From contig CBDFKL010000006.1 in NCBI GenBank assembly GCA_965248825.1, positions 1,293,095 through 1,357,094 of the forward strand: a DNA stretch of 64,000 nt, in the 5' to 3' direction. Shown piece by piece: positions 7,040 through 16,406 of the stretch (the stretch's first letter is position 1; every line of letters begins with the position of its first letter). The notes beneath the pieces were generated by a model, which saw only the letters and a program-made list of their open reading frames with translations, made no database searches and was not told the origin of the DNA. A program made the position numbers and the translations under genes. Source of the DNA: Alphaproteobacteria bacterium (GTDB lineage Bacteria; Pseudomonadota; Alphaproteobacteria; UBA828).

Positions 7040-9001
7040 CTACAGCGTGAGGGCGGTCCGGTGCCCGTCGTGAATCGCCGAGGCCGGGTCGCGGGGCAGC
7101 AGGCAGTCGCCGATGAGCCGGGCCGAAATTCCTGCATCTGCCAGCTCGCCTGCGAGTGCATCGCGGGCGAGGCGCGGGGTTGCGTAGGTCAAGAGCGCGA
7201 CCTCCTCGATGATCGTTTCCGCGCCGGTGATCACGTGGCGGCAGATGACGCGGTCCGCCTCTCGGGCGACCGGTTCCGTCAGCCGGTGCACCTCGATCCC
7301 GAGATGGGCTAAGCGCCGCTCGACACCCATGCGCGACATCAGGTTGACGAAGCGGGCGATCTCGGGCGCGGGCGTCAGCAGCGTCACGCGCTCGAAGCGC
7401 TGTGCGAGCAAGTCGACGGCGGCGTAAAAGGCGGGCGTCTGGTCCATGTCGAGCAGAACGGCCCTGCCGCGCGCCGGCGCCGCTGCGGCGCCCGCCCCGA
7501 CCAGGCTCTCGACGGCACGCCGCAGATCGATCGCCTCCGATTCGCCGGCAAGCGCCGGCGGCCGGCGCATAAGGGATCCGGCCGCGAGGATGACCGCGTC
7601 CGGATCGCGGTCTCGCACCGTCGCCACTGTCGCCGCTTCGCCGAACCGGAATTCGGCGCCTGCCTCGACCGCCTGCTCGTACTGGAACGTCGCGGTCTTC
7701 GCCACCTCGGCACGGCCCGGCAGGCATGATTCGAGACGCGAAGCGCCGCCCACTTCCTGGCTCGCCGAGAACACGGTCACCGCGTGGCCGCGGGCCGCCG
7801 CGATCCACGCCGCCTCCAGGCCCGCGAGCCCGGCGCCGATCACCACCACGCGCTTGCGCTGCGCGGCCGCCGGCGGCCGCCAGCCGGCCTCGCCCTCGCT
7901 GGCCAGCACGGGATTCTGGAAACAGCGGATCGGCTTGCCGGCATGAATCTCGCCCCAGCAATAGTTGCAATAGGTGCACAGGCGAACGTCCTTGGAGCGG
8001 CCCTCCCGGGTCTTGCGCGGCCAGGCGGCGTCGGAGATCAACATGCGGCTGAAGCCGATCATGTCGCAGGCCTTCTCGGCGAGCGCGGCGTCCGCCGCCT
8101 CTGCCGATTCGATCCGGCCGAGCCCGATCACCGGGAGCCCGCCTGCGGCGGCGCGGAGCCGCTTGTGGAGCGCCAGGAACGGGCGCGGCGGATAGTGCAT
8201 GTCCGGCAGGTGCGAATCGAAATGCGGGCCGAACGCGCCCTGGCTGAAAGAGAGATAGTCGAGCACCCGCTCGGCCGCGGCGGCCCGGGCGATGCGCGCC
8301 GCCTCGTCCGGCTCGATCCCGCCCGGGAGCCGCTCATCGGCCGGGAGCTTGATGCCGACGATGAAGTCGGGGCCGCAGGCATTGCGAACGGCGGCCAGCA
8401 CCTCGCGCATGAAACGGATGCGGCCCTCGAAACTGCCGCCATAGCCGTCGGTCCGGTCGTTGCAGGCGGGAGAGAGAAATTGGGCAATGAGGTAGCCATG
8501 GGCACCATGCAGCTCGACGCCGCTGAAGCCCGCACGCTTCAAGCGTTCGGCGCTCTCAGCATAGCCTGCGACGATCCCCGGGATCTCTGCTTCGGCGAGG
8601 GGCCGCGCGGCGTTCCAATAGAGCGCCTCCGGCTGCGCGGAAGCGCCGCGCGGCACCGAATCGAGGCCCCAGAGCTGCTGGCGCCCGATATGGCCGAGCT
8701 GGCCGATCAGCCGGCAGCCGGCGCTCTCGACGGCCTCCGCCCATCGCGTGAAGCCCGTGAGGTTGGCCTCGTCATGAGCACTCACCAGGATCGGCGCGCC
8801 GCTGCTGGTCGGATGGACATTGAGGAGCTCGGTCACGATCATCGCGGCGCCGCCCTCGGCGCGCTCTCGGTGGTAAGCAACGAGACGATCCGTCACTTTT
8901 CGTGCCTGCCCGAGGCCGGTCACGGTTGCGGTGTGGACGATCCGATTGCGCAGCTCGTGGCGGCCGATGGTGATCGGGCTGAACAAGCTGTCCAGGGCCA
9001 T
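7040..9001 (-). CDS. OYE-type NADH:flavin oxidoreductase fused to an FAD/NAD(P)-binding domain (2,4-dienoyl-CoA reductase/FadH-like)
   Basis: The N-terminal TIM-barrel OYE region (…LRNRIVHTATVTGL…, …HGAHGYLIAQFLSP…NDRTDGYGGS…) is followed by a GxGxxG dinucleotide-binding domain (VVVIGAGLAGLEAA). Confidence 0.85.
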   Translation of the reverse strand: MALDSLFSPITIGRHELRNRIVHTATVTGLGQARKVTDRLVAYHRERAEGGAAMIVTELLNVHPTSSGAPILVSAHDEANLTGFTRWAEAVESAGCRLIGQLGHIGRQQLWGLDSVPRGASAQPEALYWNAARPLAEAEIPGIVAGYAESAERLKRAGFSGVELHGAHGYLIAQFLSPACNDRTDGYGGSFEGRIRFMREVLAAVRNACGPDFIVGIKLPADERLPGGIEPDEAARIARAAAAERVLDYLSFSQGAFGPHFDSHLPDMHYPPRPFLALHKRLRAAAGGLPVIGLGRIESAEAADAALAEKACDMIGFSRMLISDAAWPRKTREGRSKDVRLCTYCNYCWGEIHAGKPIRCFQNPVLASEGEAGWRPPAAAQRKRVVVIGAGLAGLEAAWIAAARGHAVTVFSASQEVGGASRLESCLPGRAEVAKTATFQYEQAVEAGAEFRFGEAATVATVRDRDPDAVILAAGSLMRRPPALAGESEAIDLRRAVESLVGAGAAAAPARGRAVLLDMDQTPAFYAAVDLLAQRFERVTLLTPAPEIARFVNLMSRMGVERRLAHLGIEVHRLTEPVAREADRVICRHVITGAETIIEEVALLTYATPRLARDALAGELADAGISARLIGDCLLPRDPASAIHDGHRTALTL

Positions 9002-9071
9002 GAGCGGGTCCGTTGCGGAAGTGCCGGGCGGCGCAGTGTAAGCTAGTCACGGCTCGAACGCAGGGAGAAGC

Positions 9072-10694
9072 ATGGCCGACGAAGTTGACTTCATCGTCGT
9101 GGGCGGCGGCACGGCGGGTTGCGTGTTGGCGAACCGGCTCTCGGCCGACCCGGCGAACCGGCTCGCGCTGCTCGAGGCCGACGGCGAGGCGCGCCATCCC
9201 GCGATTCATATCCCGCTGATGGCGGGCTTCGTCTATTTCCTGCGCTCGATCAACTGGAACTACCGGAGCGAGCCCGAGCCTTATCTCGACGGCCGCCGCA
9301 TCCCCTGGCCGCGCGGCAAGCTGCTCGGCGGCACCTCTTCGATCAACGGCATGATGTATATGCGCGGCAATCGCCGCGATTACGACGGCTGGCGCCAGCT
9401 CGGCCTCGAGAGTTGGGGCTACGCGGCGGTGCTCCCCTACTTCAAGCGCGCCGAGGGCCACGAGACGCGCCGCGACGCCTATCACGGCGCCGACGGCCCG
9501 CTCCGCGTCAGCCGCGCCCGATCGGATAACCCGCTCTATGAGGTTTTCCTGCAAGCCTGCGAGGCGCTCGGCATGCCGCGCAATGGTGATTTCAACGGCG
9601 CGACCCAGGAGGGCGTCGGCCGGCAGGATTTCTGCTACCACCGGGGTCGGCGGGTGAACACCGGGCACGCCTTCCTGCTGCCCGTGCGCCGCCGACCCAA
9701 TCTGCGCGTGCTGCTCCGCGCCCACGCCGAGCGCCTGCTGTTCGAGGGCCGGCGTGCCGCCGGTGTCGCCTATCGGCGCGGCGGGCGGCTCAGCGAGCTG
9801 CGGGCGCGGCGCGAGGTGATTCTGTGCGCCGGCGCGGTCAATTCGCCGGCGCTGCTGCAGCTCTCAGGGATCGGCGCGCCGGACCATCTCGGCTCGCTCG
9901 GCATCCCCGTCGTCGCCGAAAGCCCTGATGTGGGGCGCAACCTGCAAGACCATGCAGGGGTCTACGTCCAATATTCCTGCACCCGGCCGGTCACGCTTTA
10001 CGGTCTGATGCGTCCCGACCGCGCGGCGCTCGCCTACCTTCGCGCCTATCTCTTCGGCACCGGCCCCGGCACCTCGATCGCGCTCGAAGCCGGCGGCTTC
10101 GCCCGCACCCGCGATGTTCTCGACGACCCAGATGTTCAGCTCACCTTCCTGCCCGGCCTCACTCTCGACGTGACGCGCAAGAAACAGGGCCGCCACGGCT
10201 TCCTCACCCATTGCTATCAGCTCCGCCCCGAGAGCCGCGGCGAGATCCGTATCGCCACCGCCGATGCCAGCGCCGCGCCGAAGATTCACTCCAACACGCT
10301 CGCCGCGGAAGCCGACCGCCTTGTGGTGCGCGACGGGGTCCGGCTCGCGCGCCAAATCATGAGGCAAGCGCCATTCGATCCCTATCGCGGCCACGAGATC
10401 GCACCGGGCGAGGCGATTCGGTCGGACGACGAGATCGATGCCTGGGTGCGGGCCAATATGACGACCGTCTGGCATCCGGTCGGCACCTGCCGCATGGGCG
10501 CGGACGAGGGCGCCGTGGTCGACGCCGCCCTCAGGGTGCGCGGTATCGAGGGGCTCCGCGTGGCGGATGCCTCCGTCATGCCGCTGATCACCAGCGGCAA
10601 CACCGCCGCGCCCACCGTCATGATCGCCGAGAAGGCCGCCGACATGATCCTCGGCAAGCCGCCGCTCGCCGCTGAGGACCCGGCAACAGCGTGA
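9072..10694 (+). CDS. GMC family oxidoreductase (choline/alcohol dehydrogenase-like flavoprotein)
   Basis: Contains N-terminal DFIVVGGGTAGCVLANRLS, the GMC signature GGTSSINGMMYMRG, and a C-terminal active-site region (…HPVGTCRMG…). Confidence 0.85.
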   Translation: MADEVDFIVVGGGTAGCVLANRLSADPANRLALLEADGEARHPAIHIPLMAGFVYFLRSINWNYRSEPEPYLDGRRIPWPRGKLLGGTSSINGMMYMRGNRRDYDGWRQLGLESWGYAAVLPYFKRAEGHETRRDAYHGADGPLRVSRARSDNPLYEVFLQACEALGMPRNGDFNGATQEGVGRQDFCYHRGRRVNTGHAFLLPVRRRPNLRVLLRAHAERLLFEGRRAAGVAYRRGGRLSELRARREVILCAGAVNSPALLQLSGIGAPDHLGSLGIPVVAESPDVGRNLQDHAGVYVQYSCTRPVTLYGLMRPDRAALAYLRAYLFGTGPGTSIALEAGGFARTRDVLDDPDVQLTFLPGLTLDVTRKKQGRHGFLTHCYQLRPESRGEIRIATADASAAPKIHSNTLAAEADRLVVRDGVRLARQIMRQAPFDPYRGHEIAPGEAIRSDDEIDAWVRANMTTVWHPVGTCRMGADEGAVVDAALRVRGIEGLRVADASVMPLITSGNTAAPTVMIAEKAADMILGKPPLAAEDPATA

Positions 10695-10709
10695 TCCGCC
10701 GGCGCGGCC

Positions 10710-11372
10710 TCAGTTGCAAAGATGGGCGAGCGGCCGAATCACGACACCGCGCATCATCGGCAGGGTGCGGGGCTCGAATTCCTGAACGATCGCGTGTCCC
10801 TGTTCCGCGACCAGGTCGAGGAAGCGGTCGAGGTGGCGCATGGCATGGACGATAGCGCCGTCCGGATAGCCGACGATGTCGTGCAGGATCAGAATGGTCC
10901 ACGGCCGCTCGGCGAGCGCTGCGAGGCCGCGATCGATCCAGCCGTCCGCGTCCTCCCAGTCGCGCGTCACCGCGTCGAACATGACGCAAGTGTAGCCGCC
11001 GTCCACGAGCCGATCGACATGGGCGCGCTTGAAAACGCGGTCGTCGATGATCCCGGCGTTGCAGAACGGCCGGAAATAGCGGTCGGGATGGGCCAGCGGC
11101 CCGATCAGCTCCTGGGTCCGTGTCACTTCGTCGTCGAACGCCGCCGGGTCGTCGCTGTCGCCGAGCGAGAAAGCGTGGCTATAGGAGTGGTTGCCGATCC
11201 AATGGCCCTCGCCATGGGCGCGCTCGACCGCGGCCCGCCCCTCGGCGGTCGCAAGTTTCTTGCCGATCACGAAGAAGGTGGTTTTCACGCCATGGGCCGC
11301 CAGCGTGTCGAGTACGTGATGGGTGACCGCGGGCTCGGGGCCGTTGTCGAAGGTAAGGGTCATTTTTGCCAT
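10710..11372 (-). CDS. Polysaccharide deacetylase (NodB-homology) family protein
   Basis: Contains TFDNGP (NodB motif 1 TFDDG-like), HSYSH (His-His metal site) and further NodB motifs. Confidence 0.75.
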   Translation of the reverse strand: MAKMTLTFDNGPEPAVTHHVLDTLAAHGVKTTFFVIGKKLATAEGRAAVERAHGEGHWIGNHSYSHAFSLGDSDDPAAFDDEVTRTQELIGPLAHPDRYFRPFCNAGIIDDRVFKRAHVDRLVDGGYTCVMFDAVTRDWEDADGWIDRGLAALAERPWTILILHDIVGYPDGAIVHAMRHLDRFLDLVAEQGHAIVQEFEPRTLPMMRGVVIRPLAHLCN

Positions 11373-11396
11373 GGCGTCGCTGCTCCGGGCGCAGGC

Positions 11397-11918
11397 TCAA
11401 CCGCCGCCTTCGGCGTGCAGCTTCTCGCGCAGATAGGGGATCAGCCCGCCGGCCCGCAGGATGCCGAGCTCGGCATTGGAGTAGGGCGCGATCGGCAGCG
11501 CCGCGCCCTGGGTCAGATTGCGGATCTCGGCTGCGCGCCAGTCGATCTCGACCGTGTCCCAGCGCGTGACCAGAGCGGTGATGCCGGGGCAGGCGATTTG
11601 GGGGAAGCCTTCAGCGATCTCCTCCCGCCAATAGCCGGTGGCAAAGGATTCGGCGATCACGGCGCGAATGCCGAGCCGGCGCAACCCGATCATCGGCGCG
11701 AAATGCGGATGGCCGTAGCCGAAATTTTCGGCGCCGACGACGAGGTCGCCGGGCCGCACCGCCTCGGCGAAGTCGGGATCGAAGCGGCGCATGGCGCACG
11801 CCGCGAGCGCATCCGGGTCGGTCAGGCGGATGTTCTCGACCCCGACGATCTGATCGACGTCGAAATCCGCCTCCTCGAAGATATAGGCGATCCGGCCGCG
11901 GAGCGGCTGGAGGCTCAT
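11397..11918 (-). CDS. LeuD-like small subunit (aconitase-family swivel domain) of a hydro-lyase
   Basis: About 174-aa protein after trimming (start MSLQPLRGRIAYIF…), with the GDNIDTDQI-like motif (FDVDQIVG) and the GxGSSRE-equivalent region. It overlaps the stop of the LeuC-like gene (coupled). Confidence 0.75.
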   Translation of the reverse strand: MSLQPLRGRIAYIFEEADFDVDQIVGVENIRLTDPDALAACAMRRFDPDFAEAVRPGDLVVGAENFGYGHPHFAPMIGLRRLGIRAVIAESFATGYWREEIAEGFPQIACPGITALVTRWDTVEIDWRAAEIRNLTQGAALPIAPYSNAELGILRAGGLIPYLREKLHAEGGG

Positions 11919-13189
11919 TCGCCGGTTTCCGCGAGATAGGGGCGCGGGTCGGCGATCCGGCCCTCCAGCGCCGATGCTGCGACCGCCGCGGCGTTGCACA
12001 GATAGATCTCGGAGTCGGGGCTGCCCATGCGGCCCTGCACGTTGAGCGTACCCGTCGAGACCGCGCGCTGGCCCTTGGTCATGGTCGCGATTCGGCCATA
12101 GCAGTAATCGCACGAGGACGAGGTGACGAACGCCCCGGCCTCGATCAGCGTCGTCAGCAGGCCTTCCCGGGCGGCTTCCGCCATGATTGCCTGGCTCGTC
12201 GGCACGATGTGAAGGTGAAACCCCGGCGCGACCCGACGGCCCTTGAGGATCGCCGCGGCGACCCGCAGGTCCTCGAGCCGGCCCGACGCGCAGGAGCCGA
12301 GATAGCCGGACTGGACCTCGATCCCGGCATGGTCCGTGAGATCGGCGGTGCCTGCCGGATTGGGCGGCACTACCACGATCGGAGCGAGGTCGGTGAGGTC
12401 GACCTCGTGCATCGCCGCGTAGGACGCATCGTCATCGCTCGCCAGCGGCTCGAAGGGCTTCGCGGCATGCGCGCGGGCATAGTCCAGGGCCAGCCGGTCC
12501 GGATTGCAGATCGCGGTCAGCGCGCCGGTGAACATCGCAAGGCCGGTGATCGTCTGGCGCCCTTCGAGCGAGATCGCGCCGAGCGCAGGCCCGCCCAGCT
12601 CGAGAACCTGAAAACGGCAGGAACGCGGGCCGAGAACGCGAACCAGATGGTGGAACACGTCGCGGGCCATCACCCCCCGGCTCAGCGTGCCGGTGAGGTT
12701 GACCCGGGTCGTCTCCGGCACGGTGAAGTCGATCCGCTCCCGGACGAAGGCCTCCAGGAGCTGCGTGTGGATGCCGATGGCAAGGGTGCCGAAGGCGCCG
12801 AGCTGCGCAATATGGCCGTCGAAATGCACGACGAAACCGCCCGGCACCGCATAGCCCGCCTCGGCCGCGACTTGGTGGCCGATCCCCTCGCGCTCATGCA
12901 GCGTGACGCCGTTTTCCGCGCACCAGGTGCGGGTGACGATGTGAAGCTCCTCTTCGTCGGGCGTGTTGGCCGGCACCATATGGTCGATGAAGAGGGCGAA
13001 GCGCTCCGGCTCGGCGACCCGATCGATCCCGAACTCTTCCTTCATCTGCTTGAAGATCAGGTCGAGATAGCCGGGAAAGTCGTAACCGAGCACGTAGTCG
13101 GGCTTGACCTCGACCTCGCTGCCGGCGCGCACCGGCGCGCCCGCCTCGGTCGCGCGCCCCAGGATCTTCTCGGCGATCGTGTAGCCCAT
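11915..13189 (-). CDS. LeuC-like large subunit (aconitase family, short about 420-aa HACN/homoaconitase type) of a hydro-lyase
   Basis: Start MGYTIAEKIL…; the Fe-S cluster Cys region (…GSCASGRLEDL…SCDYCYG…) matches the aconitase family. The ORF's 42-aa N-terminal extension was rejected. Confidence 0.75.
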   Translation of the reverse strand: MGYTIAEKILGRATEAGAPVRAGSEVEVKPDYVLGYDFPGYLDLIFKQMKEEFGIDRVAEPERFALFIDHMVPANTPDEEELHIVTRTWCAENGVTLHEREGIGHQVAAEAGYAVPGGFVVHFDGHIAQLGAFGTLAIGIHTQLLEAFVRERIDFTVPETTRVNLTGTLSRGVMARDVFHHLVRVLGPRSCRFQVLELGGPALGAISLEGRQTITGLAMFTGALTAICNPDRLALDYARAHAAKPFEPLASDDDASYAAMHEVDLTDLAPIVVVPPNPAGTADLTDHAGIEVQSGYLGSCASGRLEDLRVAAAILKGRRVAPGFHLHIVPTSQAIMAEAAREGLLTTLIEAGAFVTSSSCDYCYGRIATMTKGQRAVSTGTLNVQGRMGSPDSEIYLCNAAAVAASALEGRIADPRPYLAETGE

Positions 13190-13247
13190 GGCTCCGCACC
13201 CCTGCCTGTGCAAACCGAACCGATGGTAACACCTTATTGCTGCGCCA

Positions 13248-14639
13248 TTACCGCGCCTCGCCGCGCTCGCCGAACAAGAGGGTGATGTTGATCCGCCGGT
13301 TCGCGTAGCCGTCACGAAAGCGGACAGCGCCGCTTTCGTGGATCAGGCTCGAATCGAAGATCACCGCCCGGTTGCAGCGATAGGGCACGCGCACCGGCGC
13401 CCTGCCCTCGCGCGCGACGCGCCGCTCGAGCGGAGCCGGATCGAGATTGTAATCCTCGAAGCGCCAGTCCGGCGGCGCCGCGACATCGTGCACGATGAGG
13501 CCCGTGGCAGCGGGATCGAGGCAGGCATGGTCGGGCGTGATCCAGAGATTGACGTTGATCGCGGCCTTGTCCGCATGCTTGCGCGTGCCGCTGCCGGCCT
13601 GGTCGTATTTGAAGGCCCACATCTGGATCAACCGCTGCCCGCCGATCACCCCCGACAGCCTCTCTCCGAGCTCGCCCGCGAGCGCGACCAGCGCGGGGTG
13701 GTCGAAGCCTTCATGCAGATAGGCGCCCAGATAGCCGCCATGCTCCTTGCAGTCGAACCAGATCGTCGCCTCCAGGCAAAAGCGCTGGAGGGCGGCCAAG
13801 GCCGGCGCGCTGAGCAGATCGTCGACGACAACGACCGACGGCGCGGCAGCCTTATAGCGCCGCTCGATCACGGCCCCGTCGAGGGAGGGGTTGAGCGCCG
13901 GCGAGACGGCCGTCTCCGGCGGGCGGTAGATCACCCGATTGAAGGTCGCGCCGATCCGTCGCCGTTCGGCCGCGCTGAGCGCGCGGGGCGTGCTCAGTGC
14001 CGCCTCGCTGCCGAAACCGGCGAGCACGGCGCGAACGCTGTCGCGCGCCGCCGCGAGCGACGGGTCCAGCCGGCCCGCGTCCAACAGGTGGCTGATCTGA
14101 TCCAGGTCGTGCTCGAGTTTCGCCCGTGAGGCGCTGCGGAAGGTCGCTTGCTGTTCGGGGTCGAGGACGGCGGCATCGGCGGCGGGATCGGTGCCCCACC
14201 AGGCGGAGCCGCGATAGAGCGCGTGCGCCGAACGGAACGAGCCGATGGCCTCGTCCAACCGTCCCTGCCGCTTCAACACCGCGCCGAGATTGGTGTGAGC
14301 GGCGACCGAGCCCGGCGCCCGCGCGAGCGCCGCCCGGAAGCTGCGCTCGGCCGCCCCGTCGTCGCCCTGCCGCAGCGCGAGGTTGCCGAGCGTGATGCGC
14401 AGGCTCGCCTTCTCGGGGGCGAGCGCAACGGCGGCCTCGAACGCGCGCCGCGCCTGATCGAGCACGCCGCGGTCGGCGGCAACCAGGCCGCACACGTAAT
14501 GGGCGCCCGCGTCGCGCGGGTTGCGGGCGAGGACGGCCCGGCCGATCGCCGCCGCCTCGGCGCCCCGGCCCGCTTGATAGGCGGCGAATGCCGCGCCGGT
14601 GTCGGGCCGGTTGTCAGGGGCTGCGCGTGAGCCCGTCAC
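13248..14639 (-). CDS. TPR-repeat protein with a C-terminal putative Fe(II)/2OG-oxygenase-like domain
   Basis: The N-terminal half has multiple 34-aa TPR-like units (…AHYVCGLVAADRGVLDQARRAFEAAVALAP…). The C-terminal half carries HxD…H spacing (TRKHADKAA … IHESG) reminiscent of the 2OG-FeII_Oxy_5 family. The domain assignment is from memory only. Confidence 0.55.
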   Translation of the reverse strand: MTGSRAAPDNRPDTGAAFAAYQAGRGAEAAAIGRAVLARNPRDAGAHYVCGLVAADRGVLDQARRAFEAAVALAPEKASLRITLGNLALRQGDDGAAERSFRAALARAPGSVAAHTNLGAVLKRQGRLDEAIGSFRSAHALYRGSAWWGTDPAADAAVLDPEQQATFRSASRAKLEHDLDQISHLLDAGRLDPSLAAARDSVRAVLAGFGSEAALSTPRALSAAERRRIGATFNRVIYRPPETAVSPALNPSLDGAVIERRYKAAAPSVVVVDDLLSAPALAALQRFCLEATIWFDCKEHGGYLGAYLHEGFDHPALVALAGELGERLSGVIGGQRLIQMWAFKYDQAGSGTRKHADKAAINVNLWITPDHACLDPAATGLIVHDVAAPPDWRFEDYNLDPAPLERRVAREGRAPVRVPYRCNRAVIFDSSLIHESGAVRFRDGYANRRINITLLFGERGEAR

Positions 14640-16239
14640 GGGTCACCTTGAAGTCGGCCGCCTCGCGGTCCCAGGTCGCGGCCGTGATGCCTTCGGCGCG
14701 CAATTCCACCTTGCGCACCTTCTGGGTCGGCGTACGCGGCAGATCGGCCTTGAACTCGATGAAGCGCGGGACCATGAAGTAAGGCATCTCGGCGACGCAA
14801 TGGCGCAATAGCGCTTCCTCACTCAGGGTCGCGCCCGGGTTTCGCACCACCACCACCTTCACCTCGTCCTCGCCGACGTCGGCGGCGACCGCGATCGCCG
14901 CGGTCTCGGCGACGTCAGGGTGCTTGTTGACGATCCGCTCGACCTCGAATGACGAAATGTTCTCGCCGCGGCGTCGGATCGCGTCCTTCATCCGGTCGTG
15001 GAAATAGAGATAGCCCGCCTCGTCGATATGGCCGCGATCGCCGCTGTGGAACCAGAGGTTGCGAAACGCCGCCAGCGTCGCCTCCGGAAGGCCGTCATAG
15101 CCCTCCATCAGAATGTAGGGGTGCTTCGCCCGGACCACGATCTCGCCCGATCTGTCGGGGGGCACCTCCCGATCCATCTCGTCGACGATCCTGATCTCAT
15201 ATTGCGGCGCCGCGCGGCCGGCCGCGCCCTTCGGCGTCGCTTCCTCGGGGCGGGTATAGGCGACGATATTGGCTTCGGTCGAGCCGTAGCCCTCGGTCAA
15301 CTGCAAATCGAAGCGCGCCAGGAAATCCTCGCGCACATCGTGTGGATTGGGCACCGCGTAGATCATGCGCAGCGGATTGTCTGCATCGTCGGGCCGCGGC
15401 GGCGCGGCATAGAGCATGTGGCAGATCCCGCCCACGGCGACCGTCACCGTCGCGCCATGCGCCCGCACGTCCGGCCAGAACTGCGCGACGCTGAAGCGCG
15501 GACGCAACACCATCCGGCAATCGGCGAGCATCGTGCCGAGCAGGATGAATTTGCCGGCGATATGGAAGAAGGGCAGGACGTTGTAGGTCACGTCGCGGGC
15601 ATCAAGCGACACGATCTGGTTGAAGATGACGGCGAACGACAGCTCGAAATGGTTGTTGATAACGACGCCCTTCGACGGTCCGGTGGTGCCCGAGGTGAAC
15701 ATGATGCAGGCCACGGTGGTCGCTTCGACGGTGCGCACAACATCGGCGCCGTCACCGGCAGCGAGTTCGTCGAGCGCGAGCACGGCACCGGGCAGAGCGC
15801 GTCTCGCCTCCTCGAGGCCACCGTCGTCGATGATGAAGGTCGCGAGACCGGGGCATTGACCGGTGATCCGGGCGACCACGGGGACGAATTCCGCATCCAG
15901 GACCATCGCCGTCACGCGCGCGCTGTTGACGATATGAGCCAGAATGTCGCCGCGGTAAGCGGTATTGATCGGCACCTCGACGACGCCGCGCTTCGCCGTC
16001 GCGAACCAGACGAAGACATGAGCCGGCGTGTTTTTTATCATGACGGCGATGCGGGCGCCGGGCTCGATGCCGCGGGCCGCGAGGCTGGCGGCGATACGAT
16101 TGGCCGCTCGATTGATTGCGGTGTAGCTGTAGTCTCGCCCGTCCCAGTGCATCATCGGATGCTCGGGGCGCTCGGCCGCGCGCTTCTCGAGGATGCGGTG
16201 GACCAACCAGGCTTCGGGATTCTCGCCGATCGTCAGCAT
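14614..16239 (-). CDS. AMP-dependent acyl-CoA synthetase/ligase
   Basis: Contains the AMP-binding core motifs FTSGTTGPSKGV and GYGSTE. The start was set at MLTIGENPEAW (aa 76 of the ORF). It overlaps the TPR gene start by about 26 nt, which indicates an uncertain start for one of the two. Confidence 0.8.
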   Translation of the reverse strand: MLTIGENPEAWLVHRILEKRAAERPEHPMMHWDGRDYSYTAINRAANRIAASLAARGIEPGARIAVMIKNTPAHVFVWFATAKRGVVEVPINTAYRGDILAHIVNSARVTAMVLDAEFVPVVARITGQCPGLATFIIDDGGLEEARRALPGAVLALDELAAGDGADVVRTVEATTVACIMFTSGTTGPSKGVVINNHFELSFAVIFNQIVSLDARDVTYNVLPFFHIAGKFILLGTMLADCRMVLRPRFSVAQFWPDVRAHGATVTVAVGGICHMLYAAPPRPDDADNPLRMIYAVPNPHDVREDFLARFDLQLTEGYGSTEANIVAYTRPEEATPKGAAGRAAPQYEIRIVDEMDREVPPDRSGEIVVRAKHPYILMEGYDGLPEATLAAFRNLWFHSGDRGHIDEAGYLYFHDRMKDAIRRRGENISSFEVERIVNKHPDVAETAAIAVAADVGEDEVKVVVVRNPGATLSEEALLRHCVAEMPYFMVPRFIEFKADLPRTPTQKVRKVELRAEGITAATWDREAADFKVTRDGLTRSP

Positions 16240-16406
16240 CGTGCCTGCCGGGCCTCCACCGCCGTCCTCGGGCCGGTCTCCACTATAGCCAAGCATCCGT
16301 CGCGTTGAACGTCGGCGCGCCGACCTCGGTCGAGAGGTGTCGCAGGCTTGACCCCCGGCGATCGGGGGCGTAGCTGTAACGGACCGGGGCATGCGGGGCG
16401 AAGCGC

